Part shown: in pieces, positions 54,965 through 64,000 of the stretch
How positions within the stretch are numbered: position 1 is the stretch's first letter
Layout: each line of letters starts with the position of its first letter
NCBI RefSeq assembly: GCF_001194135.2
Contig: NC_068993.1
Span: 14,564,020-14,628,019, forward strand
Direction: 5' to 3'
Origin: Octopus bimaculoides
Lineage: Eukaryota
DNA: 64,000 nucleotides
Notes under the pieces: generated by a model
What the model was told of the DNA's origin: nothing
What the model saw: the letters and a program-made list of their open reading frames with translations, nothing else
Database searches by the model: none
Position numbers and translations under genes: made by a program

Positions 54965-55125
54965 GACGGGTTTCTTTCAGTTTCCGCCTACCAAATCTAC
55001 TCACAAGGCTTTGGTCGGCCGATGCTATAGTAGAAGACACTTGCCTAAGGTGCCACGCAGTGGCACTGAACCCGGAACCATGTGGTTGGTAAGCAAGCTA
55101 CTTACCACACAGCCACTCCTACGCC
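54666..55125 (-). mobile_element. tRNA-derived SINE family A, full length and well preserved (CORE-like segment; octopus OR/OK-type)
   Basis: A box TGGCTGTGTGGT (55104-55115), B box GGTTCAGTGCC (55062-55072), CCTTAGGCAAGTGTCTT, internal (TA)n(TG)n, tail TGACTGAAAC. Confidence 0.92.
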
Positions 55126-56182
55126 TATGTGTATGTGTATATATTCGATAAAAGCAAGATTGATATTTAGATAAACAGGGACAAAACATTAGAAATGATC
55201 GCACACTTACGACCGTTACACCATGTTATATTTTGATTGATATGCGTTAAGTGTTTTCAATACTAAAACAATAAAAAAATAGAAGAACATAACGCCTGAA
55301 AAAACGAGTCCCTGATTCAAGAGGTCGAGCATTTTACATAACTGCTGAGCATTTTAGATAACTGCATCATAGAAGTAATTAGTAATTACGTAGCAGTGAA
55401 TATACATTTACCGGTCAGGCGTTGCTCTGCATGGGAAGAATGACCGCGGATAAGTACATTAGTATTGCGTTCAGCGTATATAAATGAAAGTACAGAGGAA
55501 ATATTGTTGGATCATTCCACACAAACACACACATTCTCATCTAAATAAAAACACAAATGCCCTTACAATATTCGTTGTTATGGGAAATAAAGATTACGTA
55601 CCGTTGTAATTTCAGCTGCCGATACCAGTGTTGTCTTTATTTTCAAGTGTTTCAGATGTTATATTTTTATATACCTTTATACATTTGCACTTTTAGCTAT
55701 CATTAGCAGTATATTTGTATATATTTAACGAATAATGTTATGTGTTTCACTTGCAAATAGGAAAAGAAACATTGAAACTGTGTCGAAATCTGTGGTCAAC
55801 AGGAGCATATCATCATTGGACACCAGTCACATGAGTGATGTATAACCTACATAAAATTATGTCTTCTGTTTATTTTCTCTCGTTATTATTCATTACTTTC
55901 ACGTACATATTTTTATAGAAATAATTTATAAACATAATAATCCATCTCTTACATATATTTGTTGAAATATGAATTATTTCTAATTTCATTTATTTAAGTT
56001 GCTTACAATTTGATTTCATAGTTATGAAGCCAATATTCAAATATATTTTTCATAGCCAACATTGATTCCTCTTTTGCTTTTTCAAAAAAGTAAAAATAAT
56101 ATATATACGTCATTATGTCATCATCTTCAACTTAAATGCTGAAATGAATAACACTGAATCGATAAGATATTTCTCATTACAG

Positions 56183-56240
56183 AACATACGAGCTTTTCTT
56201 GTCTTTCAACGAGACTTGTTGAAGACGATCGAAAGCAAGA
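56183..56240 (+). CDS. Weak candidate 58-nt exon
   Basis: Acceptor atatttctcattacag|, donor AGA|GTAAAG; two frames open (e.g. NIRAFLVFQRDLLKTIESK). Confidence 0.25.
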
Positions 56241-56259
56241 GTAAAGTAGAGGGAGTGAG

Positions 56260-56298
<39 letters not shown>

Positions 56299-58669
56299 AA
56301 GAAGAACACCAAGAAAATGACGGAGCTACAGATAGATTATAAGACAAAGATATAAAGAGAGAAAATATCTGGATATATGGCGACACAGAGAGAAAGAAAG
56401 AGGAAGAGAGATAAAAATAAAGAAATAGCTAGAGAGATAGCTTTCATCAATGTACACCGATCAATAAGTATATAAATCAATTGAAACACCAGTTTGATAA
56501 GAGAATTCAGAATTATTTTTTCCTATAATTATGACAAGGCCTCATGATCTCTATTTATTTTATTTAAAATAGCTTTATTAAAATATAATATATATTGTTT
56601 TTTTTTTACTTTTTTTTGCTTTTGTTTTTGTATTTACTTTGGTATGTTTTTCTTATATACTCTTATTGGAGTATTGGAAAACAACACGATATTATAAAAT
56701 AAATATGAGAGGAAAATATTTCGAAATATTGTGGAAAAATACAAAATCTGACAGAAGGATGCAACATAGAAATCTAAAACTGAAAAGTATAGAAAAATAT
56801 TAAAAAAAAAGAAGAAGAATTATAAATATCAATTTTTCTTCCCAGATGAACAATCAATTATTAGTTTATATAAATTTTGTAATGGGTCTTTATTTTCTCA
56901 TGATCAGATATCTCATTTCCCAGATTTAATCGACGTATAGAAATAGTGCATCTATATTAGATATTATTGATTCCTCATATAAGCACTAAGACTTTTATCA
57001 TCGAGTCCTAAGTCGATGAATTGAACCAGCGTTCATTGCAGGTATTTACTGCTTCGCTCCAGGAATGGTACAAATGAAAGCCTATTCCAGCAATATTTGA
57101 ATTATAAACTTAAGGATATCTAATTAAACGTTGCTTATAACTTTGTCAGTACCATACGTCACCCTATATATCAAATGTTATTGGCATTCCAAACCTAAGT
57201 GAATGAGTGATGCAAGCATTTTATACGAAATAAACAAAATATTGACGAATGAAAGAGAAACGAAAGAAACGCGAAATAACGTCAAATAATTGATGGCTAA
57301 CTATTATGCAAGTCATGACAATTGAAGAAACACCTTGCGCTGACAATCGCAGAATGCGCACAGCCAAAAGATTAAAAAAAAATCTGTACTGCTAGAAACT
57401 GGTGTAACATATGCGATGTAGGCAGAGACAAATTAGGAAGACAAGCATAAACTTCATAGAAGAAATAGACGGTAGTTTAAGTAAAACGATCGCAGAACAT
57501 TGTTAGTAATGTTATGAAATGATGCAAACGCCCCCAATCTATCAAGATTCCATATAGAAACGCAATGGTTCGATTAAAAATTTTGGAGTAAAATTTCCCT
57601 CCACACAACAAGAAACTCGAAAATTAAAGCAAGATTCGGCAGCAGACATAGGTGTGTTGTGCTACGATGTCTCCTTAACTACAACCGACCTCCTCGTAAT
57701 TCAAGAATAAACTATATCTAAGAATAAATGATATCAAGACAACACACAAAAAACAAGCTGACATGTTACTATAACATCATCAGTTTACGTGATCGTTATA
57801 CAAATATTAAATTTATAATATGAGTTTAAAAGAACACACTCCTGTTGATGAGGGGAGAATATATTTTGATATGGTGACTAAACAAAACGACAAACAGTAA
57901 CGGCGAATATGTCTTTTGTGTTTAATCAGTAATAAATTTTCCGAATTACCGGTTTTAGCACACGGTATTAGATGAAAATATTCAAAATAACTTCAGAATC
58001 TTTAAAAAAAGAATAATTACTCTAAAGTGTTGTCGAGAGTAAAGGTTAGACTGGCCAGGGTGAACAAATGTTAATCTTGGTTTAAAAATGAAGATAGAAA
58101 TTAGAGAGAGGAATACTGCACTAGATTAAACTAATTCAGTTGCTGTGAGGCTTGAGCAAAAATGTTGATGACAATAATGAATAAAAATTAACATACTTTA
58201 AAAATATCTTATAACTTGAAACTGCAATATTTCATTGTGCAGTTGTTGCAAAATATTGGTTAGAGTTTTGGTTACATATATAGTTATACATTTGTGAGCA
58301 TCATTATACATAAATTAACATCATGTGTACTTAGTGGAAAGAAAAGGATATTGTCGATGACATAACTAGAGCACATTTTTTACGGCTTGTACACAAGCAT
58401 CCATTATGATATTATTATTTTTCATTTCTTTATTCTTCTAAAATTAGCGTTCTGTTCATTTTGAAAAGAACGGAAAAAGTAAAAAAGAAAATGAAAAATC
58501 TATTTCTGTTAACAATTACACACTAATTATTATTATTAAGATATCTTGGAATTAATTTCTTTTCAAGTAAATTCTGAAGTCATTAATTTCATAACTAAAT
58601 TAAATTCTAGCAACACTATATTGAATGTGCCATCCAAACTGATTATATGTGAAAATGATATTATTTTAG

Positions 58670-58854
58670 CAGACAGAGATTTCATATTTAATTCAAGATG
58701 AAATCACCAGCCACCCAAAGAAATCTGTAAATAACCTTTGTATAATCGATTATGACAAACATTCATTCGTAGGCGATATTTTCAATTTTGTTGGTGTGCG
58801 GGTGTTAAGCAATACTAAATATCCGGGCGACTACGCTGTGGTATCGATTCGCAG
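58670..58854 (+). CDS. Candidate coding exon, unknown protein (QTEISYLIQDEITSHPKKSVNNLCIIDYDKHSFVGDIFNFVGVRVLSNTKYPGDYAVVSIR)
   Basis: Acceptor attattttag|CAG (tandem NAGNAG), perfect donor CAG|GTGAGT. A 61-codon open frame bounded by in-frame stops at both splice sites; the reverse frames I read hit stops. Confidence 0.6.
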
Positions 58855-59159
58855 GTGAGTTATCATTATTATTATTGATGAGTTCGCAAAAAAAACAAAG
58901 CTAATATCTTAATTGATCACATTTTATTTATTTATAATTTTATGGGGGCATGTAAAAAATTGTTTATAACCTTCGTATTGGTGAATGAATGGCTGTGTAC
59001 ATTTAAACTAGTTGAAACTTGCAGATATATTGATATTCCACCAAATACGTTAAGACTGCAATATACGCTTATTTACTTTGTACCTTTTCTATGTTCAGCA
59101 TGTCTGTTCTAAACCTTTGTATATTTATATGTAATTTGCCTGCAATGACAATAAAGACC

Positions 59160-59290
59160 TAATGGCAGAATCGTTACAATTTTGAAGATGTTGCCTTCTG
59201 TTATTTCCTTTTGTTCTTTACATTACGAGTTCAAGTCTTTCTAAAGACATCTTAGCATTTCATCTTTATTGCATTGACATAATAATATAA
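59160..59290 (+). mobile_element. Degenerate SINE family B
   Basis: tggcagaatcgtta..acgagttcaagtc..gcatttcatc. Confidence 0.55.
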
Positions 59291-60219
59291 ACCTCAAGTA
59301 CAACTGAACACCGCGATCAGCATTGCTGGCCTTGAGTTAAGTTAGAAATATATAAGCTGTCAGTTCAATCACAGTTAGTTATGTTTGTTTTGTCATTCAA
59401 TATCGAACCTGATAATATTATTAACCTACAAAATAAGATTGAGAAAATGATGTGAGTAAAGGAAAGAAACTTCGCCGTACGTTGATCAGATAATAATAAA
59501 TGGCATTTGCAATCTAATAATCATCAAAAAGAAACAAGACATTGTGTCAGAATCTACTCAGACGCGCATAAGTACATCTGTGTACTGCAGGTTCGGTCTT
59601 AGAGCATAGAACCGTGAACTAGAGTTTTATACTGCAGCCTTAGATTAACCAATAATGTATGAGTGGAATCTAACAAAGAGGAGCTAGAGAAATTGCCGTA
59701 TGTTTCAATGTCTGTGTAGATATTGTTGTGGGGTATTATTGTTGTAAAACTAGAATTGTGTAAAAGAATATATAATAGACTGTAATATAGAGATTGAAAA
59801 TATAAAGATACATAAAAGAAGTATGAGAGTGAAATATTTACTGGGCAGATATGACCGACAAAAAACTTCTGAGTATGCATACGAAAAGAGAAATAAGTAT
59901 AAAATATCGACATATTTTTACATAAAGCCATTTCTAAAAGAGCTGCACATCCTTAAATATATAAATATATAAATTATCAACATTATGTTGTAAAATCTGT
60001 ATAACTTGCACCGAGTAAAAACTGCACAAGTGAAGATGTGAGACTCAGTATTGCAAATATTTCAAATTGCGATAAAGACATTTTCATTTGTATTGATATG
60101 AAATTACGTAGTTTCTCATCGTTATGAGTGTTTCACTGATTCATATTCTCACTTTCTCTCTATTATTCTCTCTCTCTTATGCACACCAACAATCACACAC
60201 ACATACACACACACACACA

Positions 60220-60287
<68 letters not shown>

Positions 60288-60429
60288 ACCTATATGTATA
60301 CATATACATGCATGCACACGCATATATACGTAGACACATTCATACATGCATATTCATGTATATTTGTTTATATAACGCTATATTTTTGTTTGTATCTCCC
60401 TCTCACCCCGTTCAAAACCATAATTCGTT

Positions 60430-60650
60430 TCAGTTTTGAACAGATACTTGTACAACATATCTTGATATAAAGTGAAGTGTAAACAAATCAATAATATTTG
60501 ACTGTTGAAACAACTGTTCTGTTTCTGTAATATTTATACGGGAATTACTATGGCCAATGGACTGTAAAATTTCCCATCGGATTTCTGTTATTATCTTCCG
60601 CATCCTTAGTTGCCCTATATCTGCAATAGACGAAGACATCTCACAAGCCC
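60430..60650 (-). mobile_element. Penelope-like GIY-YIG endonuclease remnant
   Basis: IGQ...QQSNIIDLFTLHFISRYVVQVS matches the PLE pattern PYIG...QQSNVIY.FTC.C.SRYVG.TS. Confidence 0.55.
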
Positions 60651-62146
60651 TTTATTCATGCAACAAAATGCTATGTATATATGATCAATCTTGTATATTC
60701 GTATATTGTATGCAAGTATGTACGCTTTCATGCAAACGAATGTATCTAAAGGTATAGATGTGTGTATATTTATTCTTGTGTGTCTGCTTATGTACTGCAT
60801 GTTTTCATTAATATGTATGCATTTATTCATATATATGTGCATGTGTACTCTACCAGAAATGTTTCTCTTAGGAGTTACTCTGTTTGATTATATGATGCAC
60901 ATGTTTATGATATCCGAAGTATGACTTGTACAAGAAGCATGTAGTTCAGTACTTCTTCTCCCTACCTTTATTTAATTGAGCTTAACTTCTTTCTGAATGT
61001 ATTATTTCTAATGGAGATCAGCAAGTGTAAGTTATGAAGAACTGAACGCAAACGTTTTGTTTTCGTTTGGTATTTCATTGGATTAGCAAGAGTTATATTC
61101 CTTTTTCATGATAGCACTTCATGTCTGTACATTTCAACTCACTATAAGCTACAGTTTCTTCATTCACATGTATAATATTTAGGAAAGGTATACTCATATA
61201 CGGTCGATTTAATGTCAGCTAACTTTAGAGTGACCATTGAGAATTTCAGAAAATATGTGCAGGTATTTCCTGCAAATATGTATGAGTAATGTATACGACG
61301 TGATATAAGTACAGTATAATTCTCTGATATTTTTCACTGGCTGTACACATTTTATTTTATAAATTTTACTATCTAAATTATATTAAGCAACGCAAATATA
61401 CGTACACACGTACATATAAATTATATACACACTCATGCACACCATCTAATTAGTTGGCTCGCTACGTTTATGTATGTATGTATGTATATTTATACACACA
61501 CATCCATACATACAAAGAGAGAAAGAGAGAAGGGCAAATAGCCAGACAGACAGACTGGCGAAAAACCGATTCTGTGCAGATAAAGGTATTTAAATATATG
61601 AATTAATATATATCTGGATAGGGAGTGAATCACCCACAGGAAAATTTTCACTATAGTAACCATACCAATTATTGAATTCAAAAGATTCCTTTATGCATAA
61701 AATAAGGAATTGTATCCTTCACGGTATTTATGTGGTGAAGGTGTATGTGGTGGATGACAGAATTTCCGTCACTGCAGAAACTACAAGGGAGTAGGGAGGG
61801 TGAGATAAAGCTGTCCCTTTAGCTATTTGTATAGTAGAGTATATGTGAATGAAGAGATAAATGGATACATTAAAATGAAATGAAAAAAAAATTGAAAATA
61901 AAAACTGAATTGTATGATTCAAATAGTTTAGATATCAGAAAATTTAATTAAATAATATTTCTTGCCGTCTTTTAATAAATATCTCTTAAATTTTGAAATT
62001 ATTCAATAAATCCATAACGAATTTCTATTTCCAAATCCTACGCAACAGTTAATACATAGTATAACGATTTAAAATATTCCCTCCGCTCCAATAAGTAACG
62101 ATTTCAAGCGCCAATTTATTAAAGATATCTATGACTCATATAATAA

Positions 62147-62154
62147 TAATAATG

Positions 62155-62201
<47 letters not shown>
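62147..62201 (+). repeat. (TAA)n microsatellite
   Basis: Directly visible. Confidence 0.97.
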
Positions 62202-62202
<1 letters not shown>

Positions 62203-62204
62203 TT

Positions 62205-63110
62205 TCAGGAATATTTTTAGCCAGCACATTCATCTAAATAACAGTGTATCACATTCAACAATCTGTTATTTACTGCAGCTATTCCATTTAGTTGTTTAAA
62301 ATGTCTGGGCAATTAAGTATTCTCTGTAGCTATTCCCCGTGCGCTGATTCACTTGTTATCTTACATCTAAAACGCTTCCGGAAGATAGCATACCGTTGAG
62401 TGGCAGGCAGTCTTCAAGTAGGTGATAAAGAAAGTATCAACAGTCTCAATATATGAATTGATTGGGAAAGTCAATGACTCACAGTTTGAGATAATCTTTA
62501 AGGGTCTTCAATGAATGGAGAAAAAAAAATTGCATAAATAGAAATCCTTCGGATTTATTTTTGTCTGATATAATCGGTACATAGCGAGCACACACAGTTA
62601 GGTGATCCCATATTGATCTCTACCAATGGCATGCAATTCATGTCAAAGAATGCAGAGTATTTGCAAATACGTGTAAGTATTTCTCCAGGGAATTTACGAA
62701 TTAAAACCGGAATATGCTATTGACTGAGTATGTTTGATTAAATCAATCAACCCATACCCCATATTTAGCAATGAGTTGGACATTTGTTATAATGTAATAG
62801 ATACCCATATTAACAGTTGAGTCACAATAAACGGTTGCATTCAACTTGGATCATACGTTTTCACATCTTGGTCATGAGATCGATCTTCAATTGTGGTAAG
62901 AGCTTGATAATATGTTCGCAAATAAGATAACATATTATTAAGCCAATCAATATCGGGTTGGACCAGTATAGTACACAACGTGATATAATACTAAAATATG
63001 CTAGCAAATTAAAGGATAAAACTCCATCCAAAATAGACGAATGCATAGGAATGTCATAGTGGTATTGATTACGTATATACATAGTAAGATTCTGTGAGCT
63101 AGAACACAAA
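62205..63110 (-). mobile_element. Degraded Penelope-like reverse transcriptase
   Basis: In correct order: NPIL, TNVQL (TNVPL), MGSP, YIETVDTF (RYVDDTF), VLDV (FLDV), YRE, KWNS; many stops. Confidence 0.5.
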
Positions 63111-63167
63111 TACCATGGACAAGCATATGTGAGTGCACAAACGTGTATTTGATTAACTCACAATTGT

Positions 63168-63199
<32 letters not shown>

Positions 63200-64000
63200 A
63201 CACGCACACACACACACACACACACACAAGCACACACACATACATGCGTATATATGAAGGTTTGTATGTATATCGACTTCAATGCACAGCATATTGAGGA
63301 TTTGCAATATACTCGAGTCAAACAAATCTGAGTGAAATTTGATGGATGAAAATCTTATTCACGAAAGAATTGGCAATATTTTTGTTGTGTTCATGCCTGC
63401 GTGTGGTGGTGGAGGATAATAGACTGAATTCACCTCCAACAATATGGCCCAAGAACATACAGCTCCGGTGCATTTATTCAGGCCAGGAGATGTATCTCAG
63501 CCTGAAAAGGGTTTCCTCTCTAACAACCACCGACGTTTATACAAAAGATCTGGAGTGTCCTTCTTTCTGTATCTAGCTCAATAGCATGCAAACTTTGTTT
63601 CATATATAGTTCTGTGTCTATTCCCTGCTATCTTATGTGACATGAATGAAAGGTTGTTCATTATTTGAATAACGAAGAAATGTTTATACATTTCGAACTT
63701 TAAGATCGATTGATGTATTCAGTTCTGGACAGAAATGAAGTGAAAGGCTTCATGACGTGTGTTTCTATTAATTTTATGTAATTATTTCTGGTACTTCATT
63801 GGAATGCGTGGATGCTCTATAAAGTTAATTTTTTTCTATTATATGCCTCATATTTCGCACATAAATCCATCCCGGGACGGGTGCCCCGCATCGAGCTACA
63901 CAGGATATTTGTGTGTAGTGTGGAAGCAACTAATGAGTCCGGTTCTAGTTGTGTATAACATTTTTACTGTGCCCCTATATATATATATATATATATATAT

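Noticed and set aside
60430-60625. Minus-strand exon-like ORF with a good acceptor
   Set aside because: Better explained as a PLE GIY-YIG remnant.

Overview
AT-rich, repeat-saturated animal (non-microbial) DNA with 16 N-gaps, nearly all flanked by (TA)n. The SINE families and microsatellite load look like an octopus genome; this is inferred from recalled consensus sequences, not from a search. There is no long intact ORF, rRNA, tRNA gene or CRISPR array, and most ORF-track entries are microsatellite or gap artefacts. Recognisable content: a cluster of 5'-truncated R4/Dong-clade (restriction-like endonuclease) non-LTR retrotransposons inside a (TAA)n tract (2-4.3 kb); another R4-like relic (7.2-8.4 kb); two fused mariner relics; three tRNA-derived SINE families; Penelope-like element (PLE) remnants, two with hammerhead-ribozyme-like motifs; a Gypsy-type LTR with a tRNA-Ser(GCU) primer-binding site; a HINE/Helentron-like element; a MITE; and a 126-bp near-perfect palindrome. 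A few + strand segments bounded by good splice sites (best 58670-58854) suggest exons of an unidentified large-intron gene. I found no evidence of a wholly new system. The most interesting items are the TAA-targeted retrotransposon array and the hammerhead-like motifs.
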